Source: Escherichia phage phiG7
Sequence record: OQ791410.1
Length of the DNA stretch: 60,274 nucleotides
Direction: 5' to 3' (one strand)
In this document: one piece after another, positions 27,530 through 37,499 of the stretch
Position numbering within the stretch: position 1 is the stretch's first letter
How the letters are laid out: each line of letters opens with the position of its first letter
Made by a program: the position numbers and the translations under genes
The notes under the pieces: model-generated
Seen by the model: the letters and a program-made list of their open reading frames with translations, nothing else
Databases searched by the model: none
What the model was told of the DNA's origin: nothing

Positions 27530-30500
27530 TTACCCCATTGCAGTTCTACGAATTGTTCCTCGGGATGCAAAGTCAGTAAGAACTTTATTATATCCCTGCT
27601 CCGCACCATCACGAGCTGCTTGCTGCATGGCTTGCGTGAGCGCAGCATCGCCATTTCCTTGCACCGTGATATACTGAACAATGCTAACACCACCGGACAT
27701 ATTCACGCCACCTTGTTGTGAAGATTGACTATCCAGGAAGCGGTTTAACTTGTCATTAGACGGGGCATTAAGTACACGTTCACCTTTATCCAATAACCAT
27801 GTACCTTCGCGCGGAACATTATCAATACCGTCATGCGCCATACCAGCGATTGCTAAGCCACCCACAGTAGCAGCAGACGCATAACCCATAGCTTTCACTA
27901 TACCAGCCATAGCTGCGCCCATTGTAGCACCGCCTTGCTGTGTACCCCACGCAAGCGCCGCTGATGCCGCTGTCTCCGTGTTAGCAAGGATTGATGGGAT
28001 TTGCATTGCTTTCTGTGCGGCAAACATTGCCTTATAAATAAAGTTCTGTTTACTAACACCTTCTTCCAGCCCTGACAGTATAATACCCAACGATTCCTGA
28101 GAAAAGGATATCATTCGGTTCATAAGAACTTTATCCAGATTTTCCCTTTCCATGCTCGCTTTCTTCAAGACTTGGGTTTTAGCATCTTCGTAAAGCTGAT
28201 AGTAAGCTAGATCATCGGCTCGTTGTTTTGCATTAAGCTCTGCAATCTTTGTATTTTGCTCGTACGCGATTTTTTCATAGTCTGTCATACCTTCATCTAA
28301 CAGACCCTGAGCAAACTTACGATTCTTCTTACGCTCGTCCAGTTTCTTTTGAGCTTCTTCTGCATCGTAAATTGCAGCAGCAAGACTAACGACTTCTGCT
28401 TTTTCCGCAGCCGTTGCAGACGCATTGAGCTTATTAAGTGCCACCGCTTGCGCTTTCGCTTTGGCGTTTTCCTTAACCCCCGTGGTTACTTCGTTAAGCT
28501 TGTTTCGTAAATCGTCAATAACCTTAGCGTTTTGTTGATCCGCCTTAATAGCGTCTTTTGTAGCTTTAGTCCGGTTTCTCTCTGCTTCTTCAAGATCATA
28601 GTTTTTGCCAAGAGCTTGGGCTAAATCTTGAGCATATTTAACAAGCTCTTTAGCGGATTCGCTTGTTGCCTCTGAGCTAACGTCCTGACCCATAGCTACT
28701 TTGCGAATAAGACTTCCGTATGTATCCGCATCCTTGCCCAGCGTCTGATACAGTCCACTAAGGATTGCAGCTTGGCGAGCATTGCCAGCACCCTTAACCG
28801 TGTTAACATCAATCTCACGGTTAACGTCCCCGAGTTGACCTTTAAAGCGATCCAATACTTTTTCGTCAATTAACGGACCGGATTTAATGCTAAGGACAGC
28901 CTTCATATCCGCAGCAAGCTGACGCGCTAGAGGGATTATTTTCTCTATAGCGGGGCTTGTCATTTCAAGCACATTGTTATATCGACGTTGTGCGTCTTCC
29001 GCGCGTTCAGCAGCTAGCTTGACGTTATCCGTAGCAATCTGTAAGTTCTTTTCCGCACTAGCAGTATCACGACCGGACGCAGCACGGCGTTTTAATTGTG
29101 CTTCATAGAACTTCTGTGTTTCTGTAGCAGATTTTAAAGCGGTCTGTTCCCGCTTCATTTGCTCTTCAAGTTCAGGAAGAATTGCTCTAGCTTTGACCGC
29201 GTTAGCTGCCAACTGAGCTTCAGTCATTTGCATCAGTTTTTCGCGTACACTGTCAACACTATCTGCAAATTGATTATTTTCAGCACGACCTGCTTCCAGC
29301 GACGCTTTATAGGAGTAAATTGCACCCGCTGCCAGCATTGCTACACCAACAGGACCGCCAATTAACCCCATAGCACCGCGCAGCACGCTCATTGCTGTAG
29401 CTGCCCGGCTTGCGGCTGGTACAGTTGCATTAAGAGCAGCATTGAGCGCTTGCCGCGCTTGTACGTCCGCCATAATTGCCGCAGAGTGAGCACGGGTAGC
29501 ATTGATAAGCGCAAGGCGAGCACCCGCTTCCGCTGCCGTACCCTTAGCAACCGCTAACGCACCGCGTGCAACCTGCAAAGATGCAAGGGAAGCAGCACGG
29601 TCCGCAGCCGCTTTTTGTGCAGTAACGCCAATGGAGCTTTGCATCACCGCCGTAGTTGCCGCAGTTTGTGCAGCTTCCATCTGAGATGCTTTTGCAGCAG
29701 CTATAGACGCTTTAGTCTTAGCAAGCATTGCCGTAATGATACGGGCGGTGATCACTGTGGCTAAAGCTGAACCAACCGTTACAACCGTTCCTAAGTTTTC
29801 GGATAATGCAACAAACGTCTGTCCCAATGCAGCGACCGCACCTTGAGTCTTTTGGGATTCGCCCATAAACTTAGTCAGGTTGTTTGTTGCAACTGTCCAT
29901 TGCTGGTTGAACGTTGGCATAGTGCGGCTAAATTCTTTATCAATTGTATCCGCAGCACCAGACAACGATTTGATAACCACATCTGATGTTAACTTTCCGC
30001 TGTACGCCAGCTCACGCAATTGTCCAATGGTAACGCCTAACGAATCGGACATGATTTGAGTTAAGCGCGGTGCCTGTTCTGCAACAGATCGGAATTCATC
30101 CCCGCGCAAAACACCGGATGCCATCGCTTGCGAAAACTGAATAAGAGCAGCACTTGCTTCATGGGATGTTGCACCGGAAACAATCATTGCTTTGTTAATT
30201 GTTTCCGTGATACGTCCAAGCTCCATACCAGTCATACCAGTATTCTTCATCGCACGCTGGAGACGGGAGTACAGAGTTGCAGTCGCTTCCAAGCTTGTAC
30301 GTGACCGCTGGGCAATATCAAACACGCGTTGCTGCGCATCCGCAACGGTTTCATTACCCGTACGAGCCAGTTCAAGTTTGTTGGTGAGGATAGTCCAGGA
30401 GTCCGATAGCGAAATAACACGGCTAATAGTGTCAACGCTAATCATTCCTACAATTGCAGCATCCAAACGACTTGTGACAGTTGCAAGTTCGTTAGATGTG

Positions 30501-30646
30501 TTAGACAATGTTTTATAGCTGGAGGTAACACGTTGAGCAGACCGCTCCGCTGTGTCACCTGTACGCGCTAAGTTCCGCAACATGGAGTCCGCGGTACTAA
30601 TCCCTCTCGCGTCAACTCTGATTACTAGCGAAGCGGTTTCGGCCAT
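27530..30646 (-). CDS. tail tape measure protein
   Basis: 1038 aa, Ala/coiled-coil rich, directly downstream of G/GT chaperone genes. Confidence 0.8.
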   Translation of the reverse strand: MAETASLVIRVDARGISTADSMLRNLARTGDTAERSAQRVTSSYKTLSNTSNELATVTSRLDAAIVGMISVDTISRVISLSDSWTILTNKLELARTGNETVADAQQRVFDIAQRSRTSLEATATLYSRLQRAMKNTGMTGMELGRITETINKAMIVSGATSHEASAALIQFSQAMASGVLRGDEFRSVAEQAPRLTQIMSDSLGVTIGQLRELAYSGKLTSDVVIKSLSGAADTIDKEFSRTMPTFNQQWTVATNNLTKFMGESQKTQGAVAALGQTFVALSENLGTVVTVGSALATVITARIITAMLAKTKASIAAAKASQMEAAQTAATTAVMQSSIGVTAQKAAADRAASLASLQVARGALAVAKGTAAEAGARLALINATRAHSAAIMADVQARQALNAALNATVPAASRAATAMSVLRGAMGLIGGPVGVAMLAAGAIYSYKASLEAGRAENNQFADSVDSVREKLMQMTEAQLAANAVKARAILPELEEQMKREQTALKSATETQKFYEAQLKRRAASGRDTASAEKNLQIATDNVKLAAERAEDAQRRYNNVLEMTSPAIEKIIPLARQLAADMKAVLSIKSGPLIDEKVLDRFKGQLGDVNREIDVNTVKGAGNARQAAILSGLYQTLGKDADTYGSLIRKVAMGQDVSSEATSESAKELVKYAQDLAQALGKNYDLEEAERNRTKATKDAIKADQQNAKVIDDLRNKLNEVTTGVKENAKAKAQAVALNKLNASATAAEKAEVVSLAAAIYDAEEAQKKLDERKKNRKFAQGLLDEGMTDYEKIAYEQNTKIAELNAKQRADDLAYYQLYEDAKTQVLKKASMERENLDKVLMNRMISFSQESLGIILSGLEEGVSKQNFIYKAMFAAQKAMQIPSILANTETAASAALAWGTQQGGATMGAAMAGIVKAMGYASAATVGGLAIAGMAHDGIDNVPREGTWLLDKGERVLNAPSNDKLNRFLDSQSSQQGGVNMSGGVSIVQYITVQGNGDAALTQAMQQAARDGAEQGYNKVLTDFASRGTIRRTAMG

Positions 30647-31451
30647 TATCTTCTCCTTTTTCTTCTACCTTTATTTTGATTTTGCATTTGACTTTCCATG
30701 AGTTTAGCATTTTGTTCAGCTTCTGACACGCGCTTTTCAAGCCATAGCTGCCGCAGTATTTCGCATTCGTACGGTTGAAGACGTAAGCCCATTGTCACTT
30801 GATAGCTGTGCAATTCTGTATAACTAAAATCTCCTCCAGTGTAGATATCATCAAATAAAGTAGATAGATATTCGAAGCAAAGCGGTATTTCCTTTTCCCG
30901 ATATTCTTTAAGCTTAGGTGGCGTCTTACCAGACTGTTCCTCAACCTTTTGCAGTTGCGATAATAAAGAAGATCCCCCGCCGGGGACTTTGCTATTTAGT
31001 TCCCATTGGAGGATCTTCTTATCAATTAACTGTCTGCGCGCTTTTAGAAAAAATTACTATCTTTAGCGGCAAATACGTTAAGGTCTTCTCGGACAGTTGG
31101 GTTCTCCGTTAAGAACTCAAACACGTTATCAACAGTCGGTGGCTCGTCAAAAGTCCAACCTGCTACAAGGTTACACAGTGAACGGGTAAGGATATCTTCC
31201 TTCATAGCATCCGTTACTTCACCGTCTTTACCCTGCATAAGCGCCAACAGTTGACGCTGTGCTTTCAATTCTGCGTCACGATACTCTGTGCAGTAGCGGC
31301 TACGAATGTAGAGTTTTTCGCCAGTGTCGCCTACACCAGGAATAACCACATTCATTGGCTTAGTGTTTGCCGGGTCATTTGCCCGGCTCACAGTTTTAAA
31401 ATCACGGAAGCTTTTAGCTACTGCAACTTTGGCTTTTTTGGTGTCGGTCAT
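30646..31451 (-). CDS. tail assembly chaperone GT fusion via -1 programmed ribosomal frameshift
   Basis: Slippery heptamer T_TTT_TTC at 31047-31053 (minus strand) just before G stop; -1 frame open for about 125 codons ending in TAATG overlap with tape measure start. Confidence 0.7.
31044..31451 (-). CDS. tail assembly chaperone (gpG-like)
   Basis: 135-aa ORF between major tail protein and tape measure genes. Confidence 0.65.
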   Translation of the reverse strand: MTDTKKAKVAVAKSFRDFKTVSRANDPANTKPMNVVIPGVGDTGEKLYIRSRYCTEYRDAELKAQRQLLALMQGKDGEVTDAMKEDILTRSLCNLVAGWTFDEPPTVDNVFEFLTENPTVREDLNVFAAKDSNFF

Positions 31452-31460
31452 TTCTTATCC

Positions 31461-32384
31461 TTATGCTTCCGCTAAAACGCGGGTAATTTTGATGGAACTT
31501 GCGGTTGTTGGGTCCAGCAATCCGCGGTAGCCCATATTAAGCATGATATCGCCTTCACCGTCAATAGGACGCGGAGCCTCTGTGAATTTCACGCGAGGGA
31601 TTTCCACGGTGTATTTTTGTTGCGGATTGCTTGGGTCAATCAGATCAAACTTGATTGAAGTTTCCACTTCATCCAGATACTTCTTACGCAGTTTGTTATC
31701 CAGGAAGTAAACGTTAGCTGTACCAGTTACAGCACGGCGACCAGCAGACGGTTCAATGGAGAACTTCGAGCCAACAACGAAGCGCGGGGAGATATCGTTT
31801 TCAACGGTAAGACCGATTTCCGTAATAACGCTAATTTCCTGACCGCCTTCCAGCAAGCGACCGGAGAAGCCGTCCATCGGTGAAGAAGTTGTACGAGCTT
31901 TAATGGAAGCACCGGCAGGAAGTGATTCAGCAATTTCCATGGAGCGACCAACAATACCAAACTCTACTGTGGTCATGTTTTCAGCTGACAATGCGAAAGT
32001 CATGCTGTTAACTTCACAACCGCGATAGATTGTGTATTTACCTGATGGCAGATCTGCGTTATAGTCTACAAAAGTAAATGACTGGCGAACAATACCACCT
32101 TTAAGGACGTTCTCCTGCCATTCACCGCGCAGCGCTGCCGCAATGAGGTCGTCAAACGTACCGAAGGACATTTCGCCCGTTACCGTACCTTCAACGCTTC
32201 GAGCGCCAAGACGGAAGTCTGCGGTTTCTGCGTCATCACGCAGTTCTTCAGACTCCAGCGTCGCGATGTTAATATCCAGACCGGAACTCGTCACACGAAA
32301 CGGGGTAAACTTTGCGTTCGCTGGAGTTGTGTTGCTCACATCTTCTTTGACGTAATAACACGAATAACGTGAACCTGTAGCCAT
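31461..32384 (-). CDS. major tail protein
   Basis: 307-aa ORF directly upstream of chaperone G/GT. Confidence 0.55.
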   Translation of the reverse strand: MATGSRYSCYYVKEDVSNTTPANAKFTPFRVTSSGLDINIATLESEELRDDAETADFRLGARSVEGTVTGEMSFGTFDDLIAAALRGEWQENVLKGGIVRQSFTFVDYNADLPSGKYTIYRGCEVNSMTFALSAENMTTVEFGIVGRSMEIAESLPAGASIKARTTSSPMDGFSGRLLEGGQEISVITEIGLTVENDISPRFVVGSKFSIEPSAGRRAVTGTANVYFLDNKLRKKYLDEVETSIKFDLIDPSNPQQKYTVEIPRVKFTEAPRPIDGEGDIMLNMGYRGLLDPTTASSIKITRVLAEA

Positions 32385-32398
32385 ATTTAGATCCTCAC

Positions 32399-32848
32399 TT
32401 ACCTCGGCTCACGAGCCGACCAATAGATTGTAATAAAGTTAACGTCCCAGTTGTCTTCAACCCCGCCTTTGGTAAAATCATTGAGCGAAGTTTGTCCACC
32501 CTGCGAAAAGTCTAAGCTGACAATTCGTATCGTGTGGTCATCCGGGCACGGGATACGCAAGCCCAGTTTAAACTTTTTCCGAATGGAATCCAAGATTTGA
32601 TTCTGTTTAGACGTTCCAGTGTTTAACGGACTGTACACTGTGACTTGATAGAATCCTGGAATTTCATTCAGACCGTTGTCACCTAGCGTTGCCGCGTATG
32701 TGGATGCAGGTGCATTGATTGCCTTTAACCACATCTGATTCGCTTTGGGTGTAAACTTCTTGTTCTTCCAAGCTATACCGATATCCGGTCCAACGGCTTC
32801 ACGTAGCATCTTATTAAATGCGTCATTGATAAAATCGTATCCCAGCAT
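32399..32848 (-). CDS. tail terminator / tail completion protein
   Basis: Position upstream of major tail gene. Confidence 0.35.
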   Translation of the reverse strand: MLGYDFINDAFNKMLREAVGPDIGIAWKNKKFTPKANQMWLKAINAPASTYAATLGDNGLNEIPGFYQVTVYSPLNTGTSKQNQILDSIRKKFKLGLRIPCPDDHTIRIVSLDFSQGGQTSLNDFTKGGVEDNWDVNFITIYWSAREPR

Positions 32849-33255
32849 TATAGTTTTCCTTCTACAATAGCTTGGCGTATCAACATTGGTAGCTTCGCTA
32901 CGTTAATACGCACCATGCCATTTGGCGCTTGCTGCGACCAACCAAGATATTCAAGTTTCGGAGCATACGGGGTTAAGTTGCTAAAGTAGAAAGTCCAGTC
33001 TTTATCATCTGGCAACTGTCTTACGATAACCCTAGCTTCCGCTTTAGCTAATTCCCCAGTAGGATCGAGGCGGATAGTTTCCGTCGCATATGGTGCACCA
33101 ATGGATGAACGCCAACCGCCTTTTGTACGTCCGGTCTTAACAGGAGTATCCTGAATTACATTCTCCGTGAACTTGACAACAACCTTCTTGGCTTGCTCCC
33201 CAGTCTGGACAAGCACCTTTTGACTTGCACGCCGTATATCCGCCCCGAATCCCAT
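32848..33255 (-). CDS. head-tail joining / tail completion protein
   Basis: Position in head-tail connector block. Confidence 0.35.
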   Translation of the reverse strand: MGFGADIRRASQKVLVQTGEQAKKVVVKFTENVIQDTPVKTGRTKGGWRSSIGAPYATETIRLDPTGELAKAEARVIVRQLPDDKDWTFYFSNLTPYAPKLEYLGWSQQAPNGMVRINVAKLPMLIRQAIVEGKL

Positions 33256-33635
33256 TATCGCGTCACCTTGAAAGTATAAAGAACAGAAACATTAGCAGGT
33301 CTTGTATCAACAAACTCGTTAATTGTCCATACTTCCAACTCACCATCAGGAGACATACGCTCAATGCGTGCAGTTATTGCTTTATCTCGTGTCAATGGTG
33401 GATTCATTGGATAGGTTAAGACTTTCAATTCGCCAGTAGCAACAAGGCTCCCACCGATCATTTTTTCCTTCGGAGAAAGAAAAGCTCCGATAAATGGGTA
33501 GCGTTTTTCAACACTAGGATCGTCCCACTCATCTTGACCTTCACCTTTTTCCATGACCACAAGGGTACAGTTCACGCCAGCGTCGTTGATCATTTGCTTT
33601 GCAGCTTCAACTAACTGCTCATAAGGAAAGCTCAT
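33255..33635 (-). CDS. head closure / head-tail adaptor protein
   Basis: Position in head-tail connector block. Confidence 0.35.
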   Translation of the reverse strand: MSFPYEQLVEAAKQMINDAGVNCTLVVMEKGEGQDEWDDPSVEKRYPFIGAFLSPKEKMIGGSLVATGELKVLTYPMNPPLTRDKAITARIERMSPDGELEVWTINEFVDTRPANVSVLYTFKVTR

Positions 33636-33638
33636 AAA

Positions 33639-34145
33639 TCACCGTATTAATCTGTTACCCATTTGATAACCCAGCAAAGGTGATAAAAACGTCATAGCTT
33701 TATCATATGTTTTTGCTGGACCTGACTGTGCTGTGCTACCAGTTGCATATTCAATCTCAAGACCTTCTACTTTAGTTCTTTTGACTGCATATGCAGTAGT
33801 TTTCCCATTAAGAGGACCGCCAGTAGCTGAGTCCGCTGTAAGCTGGCAAACAGCGTTTATAAGCGCCTTTGGTAAGGGGCTTTGGGGTAGCTCGAACCCA
33901 TCCACAAACACCCCGTAGCGTGGCCAATTTAGCGGTTGCTGTGGGTCCATTTTATAACCCTTAAACCGTTGACCGTACCCTTCCACAAAATCCATAGCAT
34001 CGAAGATCTTTGTCTTTAAATCTTCATCATCACTTGGAAGAACAATACCTCGCATTGCGGCATACATGCGGACTTGTTCAATGGTCACATAACTGTTGGC
34101 GTCCGGTACACCAGTACCATCTTCAACTATCAGTGGAATCTCCAT
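33639..34145 (-). CDS. head-tail connector protein (gp6-like)
   Basis: N-terminal pattern (TIEQVRMYAAMRG...SDDEDL...IFDAMDFVE) typical of gp6-like connector family. Confidence 0.45.
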   Translation of the reverse strand: MEIPLIVEDGTGVPDANSYVTIEQVRMYAAMRGIVLPSDDEDLKTKIFDAMDFVEGYGQRFKGYKMDPQQPLNWPRYGVFVDGFELPQSPLPKALINAVCQLTADSATGGPLNGKTTAYAVKRTKVEGLEIEYATGSTAQSGPAKTYDKAMTFLSPLLGYQMGNRLIR

Positions 34146-34283
34146 CTTTCTTCCTCATTGCGATGGTTGTAGGGATAAGTGGCGGGAGCTCTTCTTCAGG
34201 AACAGAAACGGCGTCTTCTTGACGCCGTTTTCTATTACGTCGGAGGAGCCACAACACATATTGTCTATGGCTCATTTCCATGA

Positions 34284-34937
34284 TTAACCTCGACGCATCA
34301 CATTACGTGCAACCATACGGGCGACCGGATCGTCAATAGGGTTCTGGAAGCGATGGTCAGAAAGCATGTCTTCCGGTTTACGTTTTTTCTGCGCTTCAAG
34401 ATACATCTGAGTTGCAGTAAGACCGGACTTAGGACGACGACTTTCCTGCTCAACGATAATCTTATCCAGATCCGCTTGAACGTCGGCAATAGCAAGCTCC
34501 AGAGCGTGCTTAGTGTGGGCAATCTCTTTAACCACATCGCTAAGCTTTTCACGCTTCGCTTTTAGCTCTTCATCGCTTAGGCTGGAAGTGTCACCGATTT
34601 TTTCCGGCTCCAGAAGAGCACGCAGTGCTTCGCTAATCTTAACTTCGATTTGCATCGTTGCAACCGCGACTTTCTTTTGTTCTTCATGAGCTTTCTCCTG
34701 TTTGACAGCTTCATGTAAAACTGGATCAGCAGATTTAACAGGTTCCACTGGCTCTGGCTCTTCCAGCACGCGGTTATCGCGGGTAAACAGCGGAGCAGCA
34801 GTTGTAATATCGTCGCGGGTTAAAGACGGGTTAGCAGTAGCGAAACGCAGAGCGTCAACTTTAGGTAGACCGTCGCTAGTCCAATGATTCGGGTTATCCG
34901 GATCAAGTTCTAACAATGCTTCAATTAATGTCTTCAT
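34284..34937 (-). CDS. hypothetical structural-module protein
   Basis: 217-aa ORF between capsid and connector genes. Confidence 0.35.
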   Translation of the reverse strand: MKTLIEALLELDPDNPNHWTSDGLPKVDALRFATANPSLTRDDITTAAPLFTRDNRVLEEPEPVEPVKSADPVLHEAVKQEKAHEEQKKVAVATMQIEVKISEALRALLEPEKIGDTSSLSDEELKAKREKLSDVVKEIAHTKHALELAIADVQADLDKIIVEQESRRPKSGLTATQMYLEAQKKRKPEDMLSDHRFQNPIDDPVARMVARNVMRRG

Positions 34938-34954
34938 TGTTTAATCCTTATTTT

Positions 34955-35278
34955 TTAGGTCACATTAATAACACATGTACCAGTAACACTATCCTTTGCC
35001 TTGGACCTTACTGTCAAGTTTGAAGTACCACTGCTTGCGGTTGTGGTCACGGTAATTGTACCGTCCCCGTTGTCTTTAATTGTAGCAGAGGAACCGTCAA
35101 CTGACGCGCTATACGCTTTGTTTGTAGTTCCGCCTGGGACAAAGTTTATTTTAACAGTAACCGTCTTTACTTCTGAAGTTGTGGTGTCAATCTTAGCAGG
35201 ATCGAGAGTAATCGAAATTGGCTCCACCTGCAACGATTTTTCCATCAAGTCATGTCGTTCATAACGTTGATAACGCAT
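34955..35278 (-). CDS. Ig-like domain protein (possible capsid decoration)
   Basis: Beta-rich T/S/V composition typical of Ig-like domains; immediately downstream of capsid gene. Confidence 0.4.
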   Translation of the reverse strand: MRYQRYERHDLMEKSLQVEPISITLDPAKIDTTTSEVKTVTVKINFVPGGTTNKAYSASVDGSSATIKDNGDGTITVTTTASSGTSNLTVRSKAKDSVTGTCVINVT

Positions 35279-35347
35279 GGTTGTTCTCCTAAAAAAGAGG
35301 GGACATAAATGTCCCCAAAATACTACAGCGCGGCGTTGAGTGAAGCC

Positions 35348-36409
35348 TTAGGAACCCTGATACTCACGAGTGATCAGGCGTGCGACTTTAAGCTGCTTGC
35401 GCTCAGGGAACGCACGACGCCAGGAATCTTCATGGGCCAGGTTGTTAGTGGTAGCAGCGTTAGACGGACCACCTTTAGCAGTTTGGGCAGCAGCCCAAGC
35501 ATGACCGACCGGATGCAGAATCCATTCAACACGGTTGTGAAGAACTTCTTCACCAGCGCCATTGTTAGCAGCTTCGTCACGAACCACAGCAGTCGGAACT
35601 TTTGGTGAACCAGCACCCATTGCAGTCGCGCCCGGACCGAACAGCCAGCTTTCGAAGACACCAGTAGCCGGATCATGTGGCATGGAGTCGTCTTCGATAA
35701 TGCGCAGGCCCTGATAATACTCAAACTGAGTTTCACCGCGAGCATCTGGAATGAAGTCGATCAGGTTCAGCTGACGCATACGGTTACGGACGGTAGAGTG
35801 TACCATAATCATGGTCAGACCACGAGCAGCATCACCCATCGTTGCCGTTGCGTTGATGAAGTTAGACGCGGTAAAGTTGGTCTGGTTGTTTACAAACGAA
35901 GAACCGGAAATATCGAAAGTCAAATCGTCGTTATGGGATTTCTTCGCATTAGCAAATACACCTTTCCAGGTTGCGATGTATGCAGCTTGCAGACGGCGAA
36001 CCCACCACGCAGACACGCGGTTGCCGATAGCGGTCATTGGGTCGTTACCGATCAAAGCTGATACCAGATCCGCAGAACCCCAGGATTTCGAACGACTCAT
36101 ACGAACCTGAACTTCAGAACCGGTAGTGATGTTTGACGGTTTGGACGGAGCACCTTTATCGATCGCAATATCTTCGTCTTCGTCTTTCAGGTCATTATAG
36201 AACGGCTCGTTAAAAGTCAAACCTGCACCAGCAAGGTTAGCAGATAAACGCTCGTCCATTACAACCGCACCGGATTGGATCAGGGCAGAAAGTTCAGCGG
36301 TCTGCGTCTGCACATAACCAGTGAAGATCTCAGGGACAATGACATCCTTCAAACGAGTCAGGTCAGTTTCGCCACGACCAAATGGTAGAATAATTTTAGA
36401 TTTAGACAT
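35348..36409 (-). CDS. major capsid protein
   Basis: 353-aa ORF downstream of portal/scaffold; RBS GGAGA. Confidence 0.6.
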   Translation of the reverse strand: MSKSKIILPFGRGETDLTRLKDVIVPEIFTGYVQTQTAELSALIQSGAVVMDERLSANLAGAGLTFNEPFYNDLKDEDEDIAIDKGAPSKPSNITTGSEVQVRMSRSKSWGSADLVSALIGNDPMTAIGNRVSAWWVRRLQAAYIATWKGVFANAKKSHNDDLTFDISGSSFVNNQTNFTASNFINATATMGDAARGLTMIMVHSTVRNRMRQLNLIDFIPDARGETQFEYYQGLRIIEDDSMPHDPATGVFESWLFGPGATAMGAGSPKVPTAVVRDEAANNGAGEEVLHNRVEWILHPVGHAWAAAQTAKGGPSNAATTNNLAHEDSWRRAFPERKQLKVARLITREYQGS

Positions 36410-36484
36410 ACTTGTCTCCAGGAAAAGGATTGATTTGTTTACTGTTGGTAGCCTTTCCCCGTGGAAGGCTGTTTAGGAACCCGT

Positions 36485-36517
36485 GTCCCTGATGTGTTGA
36501 AACTTAACATCAGGGAC
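36485..36517. promoter_or_regulatory. perfect 11-bp inverted repeat (stem-loop) between scaffold and capsid genes
   Basis: GTCCCTGATGT-11 nt loop-ACATCAGGGAC; not followed by a U-tract. Confidence 0.5.
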
Positions 36518-36531
36518 GTCGGGATGTCAAC

Positions 36532-37404
36532 TTATTTCTTAGCAGGACGTACAGGCTTCAGCGGATCTACGCCATTCTTTTCAGCTAAGCGTTTAGCTAA
36601 AGATTGATTAGTTTTCCAGAGATTCATCTGCTTAGAGATGTTCCAACCGTCGTGACTGTATGGATCTTCACCGTGATGGCCACCCGCGCCCGGACCAGAT
36701 GCACCACCACCAGCAGATCCTTCAACCCAGTGCGGACGTTTCGGAAGGATTTCGTTCAGCCAGTCAGCCGGAGTTAGGTAAGGAGTTACACCAGCCCCAT
36801 CTTTCGTAACCACATTACCGTTCTCGTCGACAGTCATTTGCAACTGCGCATAAGTTACAGCGTCTTCGATAGCAGATGGACGCAATTTAGCACCAGAAGC
36901 AGCGGCAATAACTGCATCTTTAATCTTCGCTTTAGTTTCGCGAGCGCGGTAGCCTTCAATTTCCTGCTTAACCGTGTCACGCTCGGTGATAACAGTTTGC
37001 AATTGGCGCTCAAGCGGAGCAAGACGGGCTTTGACCATCTTCTCAATGTCTTCCGGATTGCCTTTACCGCTAGCAGCAGCTTCCAGCTCAGGAATACGAT
37101 CCAAATCCGCCAGGACTTCTTCAACCGGACGCCCCAGTGCGCTAATTTGTTGTTTCACCTGACGATGATCGTTACGCTCTTTTGCTAACGCACTTTCCAG
37201 ACGACGAACGCTATCAGCAGGTGCTACACCTTTGACTTTTGCAAGAACGTATTTACCACCCTGCTCTGCGTAAAGAGTTGCAAATTCCGCTGGGATTTCT
37301 TCCGCAGATGCATACTCGTATTGCAATTCCACATCACCTTCACCGCGAGCGCGTGGATTAATTAGAGCAAAACCAACACTAATAGCTACAGAACTCTTTT
37401 TCAT
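36532..37404 (-). CDS. putative scaffolding protein
   Basis: Position between portal and capsid; coiled-coil-like central region. Confidence 0.4.
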   Translation of the reverse strand: MKKSSVAISVGFALINPRARGEGDVELQYEYASAEEIPAEFATLYAEQGGKYVLAKVKGVAPADSVRRLESALAKERNDHRQVKQQISALGRPVEEVLADLDRIPELEAAASGKGNPEDIEKMVKARLAPLERQLQTVITERDTVKQEIEGYRARETKAKIKDAVIAAASGAKLRPSAIEDAVTYAQLQMTVDENGNVVTKDGAGVTPYLTPADWLNEILPKRPHWVEGSAGGGASGPGAGGHHGEDPYSHDGWNISKQMNLWKTNQSLAKRLAEKNGVDPLKPVRPAKK

Positions 37405-37499
37405 TTCTTATCTCCGTTGTCACCCGTGTGACGTTTTTGGGGCTGAGCCGTCCCAGCCCCGTGTTCGTTAATATAAACCAATCAATTTGGAAGTTGCAA

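Noticed and set aside
35374-35745. 123-aa minus ORF and plus ORFs 35675..36110 inside the capsid gene
   Set aside because: Alternative-frame or antisense ORFs fully contained within the 353-aa major capsid CDS.
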